From Ignisphaera sp. (GTDB taxonomy: Archaea; Thermoproteota; Thermoprotei_A; Sulfolobales; Ignisphaeraceae): a DNA stretch of 64,000 nucleotides. A program made the position numbers and the translations under genes. Of the stretch, positions 29,842 to 40,069 are shown one piece after another. The notes under the pieces are model-generated. The model did not search any database. It was not told the origin of the DNA and worked only from the letters and a program-made list of their open reading frames with translations. Within the stretch, counting starts at the first letter, position 1. Each line of letters opens with the position of its first letter. The stretch is taken from assembly GCA_038889075.1 (NCBI GenBank), contig JAWAHS010000001.1, positions 1-64,000 on the forward strand, written 5' to 3'.

Positions 29842-30879
29842 TCAATCGTCTTTTATGGTATCTCTCATAACATGTTTCTGAATAAGTTTCCTTTTACCCG
29901 TTTCCCTAATACTGTTCAAGTCTATCTCTTCTATTTTTCTACCAATTGAAATCTCTCTGTACAGATCCTCTTCAAGATCAAGCTCTGTATAGATATTTAG
30001 TGCATTCAAAATCTTCCTAGCTTCATCGATACTATCAGCATCGTATATATATCTAGCTACACTATCTCTTGCGACGACAGAAGCCTGTAATATGAAAACA
30101 ATAAGTGACAAGGGTGAAATAAAGGCCTTACGGCTTCCAGAACGAATATATGGTGTGCTGTATTCACCCCTAAATGCTTTTAATGCAGCCATGCTGGCTT
30201 CAGAGACAACATCCTTAGCTAGTATGTTCAGTAATTCAATATCTTTGTATCCTATAACATATCCTCCAACAAGGCCATCAAATTTCGTAAATCTTGCAAT
30301 ACGGGTGAGTATATAATCTACATCAAGTTCGCCATCAGCACCAGGGCTAGCTAGTGCTAAATATGAATTGTTTAAATGGGCTAGTGCAGCAACGCCTATT
30401 GCATCTGCTAGTGGGCTCCATAAAGATTCTTCAAATCCTGTGGCGATTGAATCGCCACCTACATCAACACCTATAATGTAGTCTACTCCTTTCCGTTCGA
30501 CGAAGTCTTTAAGTATTGTGGCTAGCATTTTTGGTCCGCCAGATATGTCGAAAACATACATTCCTCTATTGATAGCCTTGGACACTCTAACAATTTGCGG
30601 TATGACAATATTTTTATTTCTAATGGCATAGCTTTCAGAGTTTACTATACCATAGCCGTAGTGTTCTATATCGATATTCTTGAACTCGGATAAGCGAATC
30701 GGACCTGGAAATGGATCAACAATGTATCTTTCCCAAACGATTCCTCCAATAAATGCTGCACCGCCACATCTCTCATAAGATAATGCAAGAATTGTAGTCA
30801 GAACAATGTCGCCCCCGCCACCTATTGCAAAAAACAATACCTTTTTACTATTTGGTATGTATAGGCATAGATCCTTCAT
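29842..30879 (-). CDS. DUF1152 family protein
   Basis: AIGGGGD, WER...DP.PGP, VDVGGD, L.SPLAD, GADGEL. ATG 30879 is preferred over the upstream TTG. Confidence 0.85.
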   Translation of the reverse strand: MKDLCLYIPNSKKVLFFAIGGGGDIVLTTILALSYERCGGAAFIGGIVWERYIVDPFPGPIRLSEFKNIDIEHYGYGIVNSESYAIRNKNIVIPQIVRVSKAINRGMYVFDISGGPKMLATILKDFVERKGVDYIIGVDVGGDSIATGFEESLWSPLADAIGVAALAHLNNSYLALASPGADGELDVDYILTRIARFTKFDGLVGGYVIGYKDIELLNILAKDVVSEASMAALKAFRGEYSTPYIRSGSRKAFISPLSLIVFILQASVVARDSVARYIYDADSIDEARKILNALNIYTELDLEEDLYREISIGRKIEEIDLNSIRETGKRKLIQKHVMRDTIKDD

Positions 30880-30883
30880 ATTC

Positions 30884-30935
30884 TCAGACCACAAGTATTC
30901 AACATTATCATTTCAGACCGTGGTCCCATCATCAT
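30884..30935 (-). ncRNA. Box C/D guide sRNA abutting the DUF1152 start codon
   Basis: Minus strand reads ATGATGA-tgggaccacggt-CTGA-a-ATGATAA-tgttgaatacttgtggt-CTGA. Confidence 0.7.
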
Positions 30936-31058
30936 TGCCGTCACTTTTAGTTAATACATTTAGGATTTCACTACCTTATCTTATATAGATTTAGTGTTAT
31001 TAAATATAGAAAAAGTTTATACTAGTGATAAAATTATAAGAGTCGATGGCGAGTCTGG

Positions 31059-31700
31059 ATGGAAAACGAATTAAATATAGTTAATCTACTGTATTCATGG
31101 AGAATAGCTGAGGCTAAGAAGCGTTTAGAGGGAAAACTTAGTAATGAAATTTACGCTACGGATCTCATCTACTGTCCATTGAAGTATAGATATCAAAGAA
31201 CATATAGTGAGCTGGCCCTTGGGACAGCATTTAATCCAGTAACCCTATACGGTGAAATTATTCACCAAGGATTAGAAAAACTCTTATCAATACTCTTTGG
31301 AGAGGATAATGTTAGAGTCGAAGTTGAATATGAAAAGAATATTCAGCTAGACTTGGATAAGAATACATATGCATATGTTATCAAAGGACGTATAGACGCT
31401 ATTGTTGGAGACTATATTATTGAAATCAAGTCTGGTAGCTCTGATAGAAATCTTCCTTACGAACAGCATATTATCCAAGCAAGAATATATATGTGGCTTT
31501 CAAATCTTGATAAAGCAATACTACTATATGTTACACCCAATAGAATAGTGGAATATCAGATAACGGGGACGATGAGTGATAAAGAGATTACAGAATTAGT
31601 TAAGAGTATTATTACAGGTCAACCAGCACCACGATATATATGGGAATGCAAATACTGTATCTACTCAATTCTTTGTCCGTTCAAAAGAACCTTAACCTAG
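31059..31700 (+). CDS. cas4: Solo Cas4-family PD-(D/E)xK exonuclease with Fe-S cysteines
   Basis: YCP, G...H, GRID, EIK, Q...Y, CKYC.....C; no array or cas1 nearby. Confidence 0.88.
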   Translation: MENELNIVNLLYSWRIAEAKKRLEGKLSNEIYATDLIYCPLKYRYQRTYSELALGTAFNPVTLYGEIIHQGLEKLLSILFGEDNVRVEVEYEKNIQLDLDKNTYAYVIKGRIDAIVGDYIIEIKSGSSDRNLPYEQHIIQARIYMWLSNLDKAILLYVTPNRIVEYQITGTMSDKEITELVKSIITGQPAPRYIWECKYCIYSILCPFKRTLT

Positions 31701-31912
31701 CCTTTAGCATATCATAGACCAAATTTCTCCTTAAACCATTTCTGCAGTAAGTTCATTGGTCTACCTATTGCCGAATCTTCTGAACTATATATTTAGATTG
31801 AATTGATAGAAATCGATCCAGAAATTGTGAATAATATCGAGGGATTGTGATATGCGGTGAGTTTATAAAGCCCCTAGTATTTGTAGAGCTGAATATCAGG
31901 CGCCTGTCTGAA

Positions 31913-32317
31913 ATGAACCAAGAGGAATCTAGTCAAATATCTGCTGAAGATAGAATAATAGGAAGACATGTATATGGAAATCTATATGACATAGATATAG
32001 CAATAGCTAGTGACGAGGAAAAGTTGAAGAATATGGTAATAGAATCTGTGAAATTGGCCAACATGACCCTTGTCGACATTAAGAGCTGGAGCTTTGGTGG
32101 TAAAAAGGGTGGAGTTTCTGTAATTGCATTAGTTTTAGAGAGCCATATAGCGGTACACACATGGTTTAGCTATAGGTATGCTACGGTAGATGTATATACA
32201 TGTGGTGAAAAGAGTGATCCTTGGAAAGCATTTGAATACATCATTAATACACTTAAGCCAAAGTACTATACTGTTAACTATGCAGATAGAAGCAGTTTTA
32301 AAGCTATAAAAAATTGA
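31913..32317 (+). CDS. speA: Pyruvoyl-dependent decarboxylase of the SpeD fold, most likely the crenarchaeal arginine decarboxylase paralog
   Basis: ESH self-cleavage site, DVYTCG. DRIIG.HV.GNLY and [11 protein letters not shown] match the ArgDC paralog as recalled, not SAMDC. Start ATG 31913. Confidence 0.8.
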   Translation: MNQEESSQISAEDRIIGRHVYGNLYDIDIAIASDEEKLKNMVIESVKLANMTLVDIKSWSFGGKKGGVSVIALVLESHIAVHTWFSYRYATVDVYTCGEKSDPWKAFEYIINTLKPKYYTVNYADRSSFKAIKN

Positions 32318-32327
32318 TTGAAAAGAA

Positions 32328-32379
32328 ATGATGATTTAAAAGGCTCTGATCAAAAGGTGATGTAGCTGAGCTACTCTGA
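32328..32379 (+). ncRNA. Box C/D guide sRNA with tRNA-like targets
   Basis: ATGATGA-tttaaaaggct-CTGA-tcaaaag-GTGATGT-agctgagctact-CTGA; the D guide is complementary to GUAGCUCAGC (tRNA positions 7-16). Confidence 0.88.
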
Positions 32380-32429
32380 ATTGAATTCCGTTTTTTAAGA
32401 TATACTGCTAAAGCTTTTTAGAATTTTTG

Positions 32430-32905
32430 CTAACGCTGATACATTCTAATGAAGTAACGATTACTACAGATAATGCTTGAGCTATTTTCCATGATGTGTT
32501 TTCCCACCAGCGCTGTTTCTAATTGGTTGTGAATTTAGTTCTATCAGTGTTGTTGGCTCTCCATGTAGGTTCACCAGCTTGATCTACAGTTCATGGGAAC
32601 CTTTGAGGAGAAGACCATATTTCTCTCATCTAAGGCTAGGGTACTTTGACTTGGTGTTTATATCTTTAACCCATCTCTCAAATGGTCGCACACCCTGTAT
32701 TAACATAGGTGTATATAGCTACTCTCCTTATCCTCGAGACATCTCTAAGGAGACGCTCAACCTCACTATAATGTATTCTTTGCCTACTATGAACACCGTA
32801 TGTCATTACCTTTCCATTCTTAATCCACTTAATAATCTAATAATAGTAGCTTGAAATGCCTAGAATCTTAGCAGACTCTCTAATACCAAGGTAGTGTTCA
32901 TTCAC
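32430..32905 (-). pseudogene. tnpA: Degraded IS607-family element (tnpA N-terminus plus possible tnpB scrap)
   Basis: From GTG 32905: MNEHYLGIRESAKILGISSYYY*IIKWIKNGKV...RIHYSEVERLL..RRVAIY, a MerR-type HTH followed by the start of the serine recombinase domain, with internal stops. Downstream RWWENTSWKIAQAL is TnpB-like. Confidence 0.78.
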
Positions 32906-33340
32906 ATCACCTTGCCATATACTTAGATATTTAGAACCATTCAAATTTATCGTAAGTGGGAAATGGTTTCCCTATACCCTTCAGTCTGTCTAATCGTAGC
33001 CTCCTGAATATCTATCCTTCATCTATCTATCTGTAACTTCATCCAGTCCGGCTCTCAGGACAGAATTTATGTATTCTCTTCTAGCAGGTACATCTACGTC
33101 AATAAGAGCATTACTTTGTATATACGTTTGGATAGGGAGTATTTATTTTGAATTCCTGTAGACTTAATCCAATACCTCTATCTGTTAGAGATGCTAGAGA
33201 TATTATCCCAAGACCCTTTATATCTACTAATTTATCTAGTCCAAATATTGCAATTCTTTTATATTTTGGCACTATGATATTCGTGTAACCTTATATATCT
33301 GGTTCAGCTTAAAGCTCACTAGTATATTAGCTAAACACTA

Positions 33341-34174
33341 ATGTGGGTAGGTATGGATAGTGTGGTTGTTATTGGGTTGGGGGAAGTTGGTAGAGCTATA
33401 TATCATATACTTAAAAATAGCATGAAATTCGATGTCTATGGATATGATACCGATCCAAGCAAAACTGTTAATAAATATGATGAAATACCACATCCAGCCG
33501 ACTTTCTTCACATAGCTTTTCCATACACCAATGAATTTATAGACATAGTCTATGGATATGTGGAACATTTCAAACCTAGTATGATAATAGTGCACTCCAC
33601 GGTCGTTCCTGGAACGACTAGAAAAATATTTCAAAAAACGGGTCTCCCAACAGTTTTTTCACCCGTCAGGGGGAAGCATCCAAATCTTGTTAAACATCTA
33701 TATTTCTGGCCAAAATGGCTCGCATCATTACCATTAGATAGAATTGAAAGAGCAGCGCATCATTTAAGTCTTGCGGGTTTTAAGGTAAGGATATATGCAG
33801 GACCTCCGGAGACTGTGGAGTTAGCGAAATTATGGGAGACTGTATATAGAGCTATAATGATAGCGTCATGGCACGAAATACATAGAATTGCCAGAATCTA
33901 TAAAGCTGAAATAGAGGCTATAGCTGAATTCGTAGGAGAAGTTCATGAAATTTTAGGGGATAGACCAATATATTATCCAGATTATATAGGTGGACACTGC
34001 CTTATACCAAATACTAAAATGCTAAGGGATGCGTATTCGTCAAAGCTCTTCGAATTTGTATTAGAATCCAATGAATTGAGATTAAAGGAATTGGATTGCA
34101 ATAATATTAGGGAAGAAATTGAAAAGGTTAAGAAAATAGCTCTGAGGTTCATAAATAAGGAGTACTATACTTAA
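33341..34174 (+). CDS. UDP-glucose/GDP-mannose dehydrogenase family protein (short form)
   Basis: VIGLGEVG, HSTV.PGTT, ELAKL.E, IGGHCLIP. Confidence 0.85.
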   Translation: MWVGMDSVVVIGLGEVGRAIYHILKNSMKFDVYGYDTDPSKTVNKYDEIPHPADFLHIAFPYTNEFIDIVYGYVEHFKPSMIIVHSTVVPGTTRKIFQKTGLPTVFSPVRGKHPNLVKHLYFWPKWLASLPLDRIERAAHHLSLAGFKVRIYAGPPETVELAKLWETVYRAIMIASWHEIHRIARIYKAEIEAIAEFVGEVHEILGDRPIYYPDYIGGHCLIPNTKMLRDAYSSKLFEFVLESNELRLKELDCNNIREEIEKVKKIALRFINKEYYT

Positions 34175-34262
34175 GAATTCAAATAGCTAATCTTTTTAAG
34201 GGAGGTAATCAAAAGTAGGAGAAAGAGATGGGAAACAATGGTGATGAAATATTTCAAATACT

Positions 34263-34988
34263 ATGGAGTACAATGTACCTCCTTATATAGAGGAGATGTT
34301 TAAGGTTGATTTGACAGAGAGTGATATAGAGGCTTTAAGAGAAGCATTAAAAGAGATGAGGAATACTATAACCATTAAGCTATTTACATCGGACAATAAG
34401 ATCAACTGTTTCACATGCAGTGAAACAGAGAAGTTAATGAAGATAGTAACGGATTCTAGTCCATTGATAGGGGATAGGAAAGCGGTTGAGCTAGAGATAT
34501 ATGAGGTGTCCAGGGATGGAGATGTATTTAGAGAGTATGCTGTAGAAAGAGTACCAACAATAATGTTGTTCGATGATGCCATAACGTATATCGGGATGCC
34601 TGCAGGTGAGGAAATAAAAGGATTCATTGAAACAATAATTAGGCTTAGTACAAATGACCACGGACTCTCAACAACGACAATAAAAGAATTGGCAGAACTT
34701 AGTGGACAGGCAAGAATTGAGGTAATTGTGACACCACTTTGCCCATACTGTCCCTATGCTGTATTGTTATCCAATATGCTTGCCTATGCAAGCAAGGTAT
34801 ATGGAAACGGGAATGTGAAATCTATTATTATTGAGGCTTACGAAAATCCTGATATAGCTGACAAATATGCAGTATCTACAGTACCTACAATTGCAATTAA
34901 TGGAAAGGTAGTATTTGTTGGGCTACCATACGAGGCGCAACTTCTAAATGCTATTAAGAAATTAGCATCACGGCAGATCCAGTTATAA
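34263..34988 (+). CDS. Protein disulfide oxidoreductase (two thioredoxin folds)
   Basis: CFTC and CPYC, G.PAGEE, VPTI.IN. Confidence 0.92.
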   Translation: MEYNVPPYIEEMFKVDLTESDIEALREALKEMRNTITIKLFTSDNKINCFTCSETEKLMKIVTDSSPLIGDRKAVELEIYEVSRDGDVFREYAVERVPTIMLFDDAITYIGMPAGEEIKGFIETIIRLSTNDHGLSTTTIKELAELSGQARIEVIVTPLCPYCPYAVLLSNMLAYASKVYGNGNVKSIIIEAYENPDIADKYAVSTVPTIAINGKVVFVGLPYEAQLLNAIKKLASRQIQL

Positions 34989-35303
34989 TAAACGTAAACA
35001 TCCTGCATTTACCGTTTACCACAAAGAGTACAGCTAGGATAGATTAAATATGAGGGTATTTTTATATGTGCAGTTTACATATCACTATTAATGTAAATCT
35101 TTTGTTACACACTACACTGTTTGTTACGATCCGGCGAAAGTGTTAAGTGAAGGCAATCATACGTCTCTCTGTGCCTAATCCTTCTCAGCATAACTGTTCG
35201 ATATTCGTTGCCTATGTTTCCATTACAATGATCGCAATTCTACTCGATATCCTATTGTTGAAGTATGAATGTAGCTATAGCTTACGAATGTAAAATATCC
35301 AGC

Positions 35304-36236
35304 CTATAACATATGCAAACATACCTCAAACTTTGTAGAGGAATTTGGAGGAAGCCCTATCCTAACTATACTGTGCCTATAGTTATACTCGGTCAGATCA
35401 TCGATAATTATCCTAGTTAAGTATCTATAGCTTTTAATGATACTATTGACCACTCTATGTAATGGGTTAAATATCGCGAACCGGATACAATTGCTATCAA
35501 AGGTTATGGGTAGAGACAGTGTTGTGAAATCTAAGAATTCTACTAATGGGGTTTCAATATTCAGCGTAAGATTGGATGCAATTATAAAGTGGTTTAGATG
35601 ATATCTTCTCACCAGATTTATTATTGGCTCACTTGGTGAAAGCAAAATCGTATTTCTACCTGAAATGTAGAATAGACAAACTTTTCTATTTGGACACCTT
35701 ACTGTCATTAAATTACTAGATACAACGGAGAGAGTATGGTAACCACTAAATATTGCTAAGGCTCTAACACCTTCAAGTTCTGAATGTAATCTATCCCCAC
35801 TAATTGAATGCAAAACTACATTCTCATCATAATCACTGTACATCTGAATTGATGTTATATCTTTTGGAAATAGGGCAAGAATTTCCTCATCCCCTAATAG
35901 ACGCATCATTTTTAACCTATCCGAGGGAATGCTATAGATATAGAATCCATTGTTAAAGTATAAGTTGATGCCATTTATATTAAGGCGGTTAGTATATTCC
36001 TTATGAACACCCTCTAGTATATTTTCAAAGCAAAAACTTGTACCAAAGCATTTGAGAAAAACGTTCTTATCTTCCAAATCTAATAAAAAACTATCAAGTG
36101 TGTATGGTAGTGGGTTAAGATATCCATATTCCTTTCCATGATTTGAAACAACATTATTGTCATGAAGAAACTTTATGAATTCCTTTTTAATATGGTCAGC
36201 TCGCGATAATATCTTCATCAATTCTGTTGGGGGCAA
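35304..36236 (-). CDS. Hypothetical protein
   Basis: 310-aa ORF, TTG start with GAGGAG SD; no motif recognised. Confidence 0.65.
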   Translation of the reverse strand: MPPTELMKILSRADHIKKEFIKFLHDNNVVSNHGKEYGYLNPLPYTLDSFLLDLEDKNVFLKCFGTSFCFENILEGVHKEYTNRLNINGINLYFNNGFYIYSIPSDRLKMMRLLGDEEILALFPKDITSIQMYSDYDENVVLHSISGDRLHSELEGVRALAIFSGYHTLSVVSSNLMTVRCPNRKVCLFYISGRNTILLSPSEPIINLVRRYHLNHFIIASNLTLNIETPLVEFLDFTTLSLPITFDSNCIRFAIFNPLHRVVNSIIKSYRYLTRIIIDDLTEYNYRHSIVRIGLPPNSSTKFEVCLHML

Positions 36237-36250
36237 GTCTCCTCATCCCA

Positions 36251-36307
36251 TCAGAGGCTACCACACTCCTCATTATATTTATCCTCCGTAACGGCCAAGT
36301 ACATCAT
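36251..36307 (-). ncRNA. Probable box C/D sRNA with both guides matching tRNA-Gln
   Basis: Minus strand reads ATGATGT-acttggccgtta-CGGA-ggataaat-ATAATGA-ggagtgtggtagcct-CTGA; internal boxes are degenerate. Confidence 0.65.
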
Positions 36308-36323
36308 CTGGTTGATTTGTCGT

Positions 36324-36629
36324 TTACATTACCTTCTGTGTATTGTTCGATCTTCGGATACTTATATATTTATGTGGGCTTATCAATAGATTCAATATCT
36401 TTACTGTAGCATAGTACCATACATATATCAATATCAATATAGATGAGAATAGAATGATTAAGCCTATTAACTGAACTAACTCAGTAGAGATAGAATTTAT
36501 AATAACACTAGTTATATAGAATGGAGTAAGTACTATAGCATGGCCTACCATGATATTCATATATAGTAGCGATATCGTTTTAATAATATTTTTATTTGAG
36601 GAGCATCTTACGGATCTCACTTGCAACAC
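36324..36629 (-). CDS. Small membrane protein
   Basis: Two hydrophobic helices. Confidence 0.55.
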   Translation of the reverse strand: MLQVRSVRCSSNKNIIKTISLLYMNIMVGHAIVLTPFYITSVIINSISTELVQLIGLIILFSSILILIYVWYYATVKILNLLISPHKYISIRRSNNTQKVM

Positions 36630-36728
36630 AAATCACTTTGTGATATTTTACTAGCATATATACATAAAAATGTAGATGATATTATAAAGCTATATAGCAG
36701 TGTCATATGCCTTTAGGTAGATATCGAA

Positions 36729-39665
36729 ATGGAGATGGATATAAATAAATATTTTGTTGAACTAGCAATAAAATGGAGTAACAAATGGTTGAAGGAGAGA
36801 GCATTCGAGGTTAACCCTGATAAAGATACTAAGAAATTCTTCATCACGGCAGCCTTTATGTATCCTAATGGACCCATACACATCGGTCATGGCAGAACCT
36901 ATCTTATTGCAGATATAATTGCACGTTTTAAAAGACTTCAAGGATACAATACCCTGTTTCCTATGGGATTTCATTATACAGGTACACCAATAATATCGAT
37001 GGCTGAAGCTATTGCTAATGGTGATAGAGAGCTTATAGAACTTTTTAAGGATATTTACGAGGTTCCTGAAAGCGATATAGAAAGGATGAGCGATCCATTA
37101 CATTTAGCTAGATACTTTCATAGAATATCAAAGGAGACGATGTGTTTATTTGGACTATCTATAGATTGGAGAAGAGAATTTACAACAATAGATCCAGAAT
37201 TCAAATCATTTATTCACTGGCAATTCCTCAAATTACATGAAAAAGGCCTCATTGAAAAAGGAACGCATCCCGTCGGATGGTGTCCAAGGCACGAAATGCC
37301 TGTCGGCATGCATGACACTAAAGGTGATGCCGAACCCGAAATTGGAGAGTTTATAGCCATATTCTTTAAAGATAAAGACAATATGGTGTATCCAACGGCA
37401 ACACTAAGACCTGAAACAATATTTGGTGTAACGAATTTATGGATTAATCCTGAAGAAACATATGTTAAAATTAAAACGGCTGAAGGATCTATATGGATTA
37501 TAGGGGAGAAAGCTGCTAGTAGGCTAAAGCATCAATTGAATTTCGTTATAATTGAGTCAATTAAAGGAAGCAGCCTCGTTGGAATGAAGGTTCGCAATCC
37601 AATAACAAATGAGGAAATATTAGTATTACCAGCAGCATTTGTAGACGCCTCATTTGCAACAGGGATTGTGATGAGCGTTCCTGCACATGCTCCTTATGAT
37701 GCAATAGCTCTTGAAGATATGAAAAATGATCCACTGTATTCAGATATGATATCTTCTATCAAGCCAAGGATCATCATAGAAACCAATGGTAAAAGAATCG
37801 CTACAGCCTATGAAATACTGAAAAACATGAATATAAAATCACAAAATGAAAAAGAGAAACTAGATGAAGCTACAAAAGCGGTATACCTATTAGAATTGCA
37901 ATCAGGTCGTATGATACAAGAACTGTATGAAATTGTGCCAACTCCTCTGGAGAATTTAAGAGATTTCATTAAATTAAATATAGCTGGTAAAAATGTTAAG
38001 GAGGCTAGAGAAAATATAAGAAGCTATATCATTACCAGCGGGCTCGGCACCTCTATATATGAACTTCTCAATAAACCAGTCTATTGCAGATGTGGTACAG
38101 AGATTGTAGTTAAGATTCTACAGGACCAGTGGTTCATAAATTATGGCGATAATGTATGGAAAGACATGGCAAGAGAATGGCTAAAGAATATGAAAATAGT
38201 ACCACAGGAATCTGTAGCTCAATTTGAAGCAACGATTGACTGGTTAAAGAGAAGGGCGTGTGCGAGAACGAGAGGTCTGGGTGTACCACTTCCGTGGGAT
38301 AATAGGTGGATTATAGAGAGCTTGAGTGATTCAACTATATATATGGCCTTCTATACTATTATACATAAGGTAAGAGAATATGGAATTGATAGTAGTAAGC
38401 TGACTAAGGAGTTTTGGGACTATGTATTTTTAAGACAGGGTAGCGTTGAAGAGCTTTCACGTAGTTTAAATATACCTACTGGGATTCTAGAAGAGCTAAA
38501 CAGAGAATTTGAGTATTGGTACCCACTAGATGTGAGAGTTAGTGGAAAGGATCTAATACCAAACCATCTAACATTTTTTGTATTCAATCATGTTGCACTA
38601 TTTCCAAGAAAGCTATATCCTAAAGGCATTGTAGCTAATGGTTGGGTTCTTATAAAACAGCAGAAGATGAGTAAATCCGCAAGGAATATAATACCGCTAA
38701 AGAAATTGATAACTACATATGGATCTGATGTAGTTAGGTTGCTATTAGCACTAAATGCTGAAGTACACCAGGATGAGAATATAGATTACGATATGCTTGA
38801 AAAACTGTGTAAAAATGAATATCCACAGCTTCTCCGAGCGTTATTGGATGAGATAACAGAATTATTCTATAAAAAAGAATCGTTACGTGATGAGGTAAAT
38901 ACTATTGATAGGTGGTTTTGGAATGAATTTGTGTACAGAATACAAAATGTCGTTAGAGCCCTCGAGGAAGTCAGGCTTAGGGATGCTGGCATATCCATAT
39001 ATTATGATATTAGAGATTTGATAAGAGTGTATATAGGGCTTGTAGGCACTCCTAATAGAAAGTTGTTAGATGCCATCAAGGTATGGCTAGGTCTTATAAA
39101 TATCTATACACCATTTATAGCTGAAGAAATATGGAGTAGAACATTTGCAGATGGTATGCTTGCCAATAAAGTAATTGAGATACCAAAAGAGGTAGATATG
39201 GATGTGCTATTAGCTTTTAGATACGCTGATGCCATAATAGATGCAGTAAATAATATTGTTAGAGCAACTAGAAGGACACAGATACGTAGGGTTGTAATAT
39301 ATGTTGCACCACGTAGTATGCAAGTAATTATGAGGAGAATATTAGAAGAAATTGGTGCAGGCGCCAGACCATCAGAAATAATAGATAAGTTATCTAGGGA
39401 ACTGAAAGTAGATAAAAAGGGTGTTGCCTCTATACTAAAGTCGTTATATAATATAGCTACAACTGTCCGTGATGATATTAAGGAATTCTATCTAAAGTGT
39501 AGAGATGCAGATGAGCTAGAATTGCTTATGATGGCTCGTGAATACATTGTTAAAAAAATAAGAGCTGAGGTAGAAATATATTCAGCAGCAGATGATAGCG
39601 TGCCAGATCTCGGTGATAAGAAAAAAGTAGCGTTACCCTTAAGACCAGGTATATACGTTGAGTAA
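36729..39665 (+). CDS. leuS: Leucine--tRNA ligase (archaeal type)
   Basis: YPNGPIHIGH, ATLRPET, GKDLIPNHL, KMSKS, C-terminal PLRPGIYVE. Confidence 0.97.
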   Translation: MEMDINKYFVELAIKWSNKWLKERAFEVNPDKDTKKFFITAAFMYPNGPIHIGHGRTYLIADIIARFKRLQGYNTLFPMGFHYTGTPIISMAEAIANGDRELIELFKDIYEVPESDIERMSDPLHLARYFHRISKETMCLFGLSIDWRREFTTIDPEFKSFIHWQFLKLHEKGLIEKGTHPVGWCPRHEMPVGMHDTKGDAEPEIGEFIAIFFKDKDNMVYPTATLRPETIFGVTNLWINPEETYVKIKTAEGSIWIIGEKAASRLKHQLNFVIIESIKGSSLVGMKVRNPITNEEILVLPAAFVDASFATGIVMSVPAHAPYDAIALEDMKNDPLYSDMISSIKPRIIIETNGKRIATAYEILKNMNIKSQNEKEKLDEATKAVYLLELQSGRMIQELYEIVPTPLENLRDFIKLNIAGKNVKEARENIRSYIITSGLGTSIYELLNKPVYCRCGTEIVVKILQDQWFINYGDNVWKDMAREWLKNMKIVPQESVAQFEATIDWLKRRACARTRGLGVPLPWDNRWIIESLSDSTIYMAFYTIIHKVREYGIDSSKLTKEFWDYVFLRQGSVEELSRSLNIPTGILEELNREFEYWYPLDVRVSGKDLIPNHLTFFVFNHVALFPRKLYPKGIVANGWVLIKQQKMSKSARNIIPLKKLITTYGSDVVRLLLALNAEVHQDENIDYDMLEKLCKNEYPQLLRALLDEITELFYKKESLRDEVNTIDRWFWNEFVYRIQNVVRALEEVRLRDAGISIYYDIRDLIRVYIGLVGTPNRKLLDAIKVWLGLINIYTPFIAEEIWSRTFADGMLANKVIEIPKEVDMDVLLAFRYADAIIDAVNNIVRATRRTQIRRVVIYVAPRSMQVIMRRILEEIGAGARPSEIIDKLSRELKVDKKGVASILKSLYNIATTVRDDIKEFYLKCRDADELELLMMAREYIVKKIRAEVEIYSAADDSVPDLGDKKKVALPLRPGIYVE

Positions 39666-39714
39666 TTAAAGCTTATTTAATTTTCACCTTAAAGAGAAAG
39701 ACCGGTGAATTGCG

Positions 39715-39963
39715 GTGAGCACATTAGAGACCTCTAAATCTAAGATTAGAAGAGTTGAGGTAAGGAAAATAATAGGACGTAAAAATGTGAAAGATAAAGT
39801 ATATAGCTATGAGTATTTCACTCTATCATTGAATCTCTATATACCAAGAAGTATTGTTGAGAAGTTTGGTGCCGACTTCATAATTATAAGAGATGAAGAA
39901 CAAGGAATTATAACGATAATGCCACAGAAATTAGCTGAAAAGAAGGGTATAAAAATAGGATAG
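39715..39963 (+). CDS. Small basic beta-rich protein, possibly AbrB-like nucleic-acid binder
   Basis: LYIPRSIVEKFG...IITIMP swapped-hairpin-like pattern; SD GGTGA. Confidence 0.6.
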   Translation: MSTLETSKSKIRRVEVRKIIGRKNVKDKVYSYEYFTLSLNLYIPRSIVEKFGADFIIIRDEEQGIITIMPQKLAEKKGIKIG

Positions 39964-40069
39964 AAATGATTTGGTGTACTATGAAAAATCTATATATATA
40001 GCCACACCCTATCCTTCAAATTTATCAATCCTTAAATGAGTAGTAATAAGGAGGTGTAGGGTAAGGGAT

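Noticed and set aside
32579-32854. 91-aa plus-strand ORF
   Set aside because: Antisense to the IS607 pseudogene; no recognisable features
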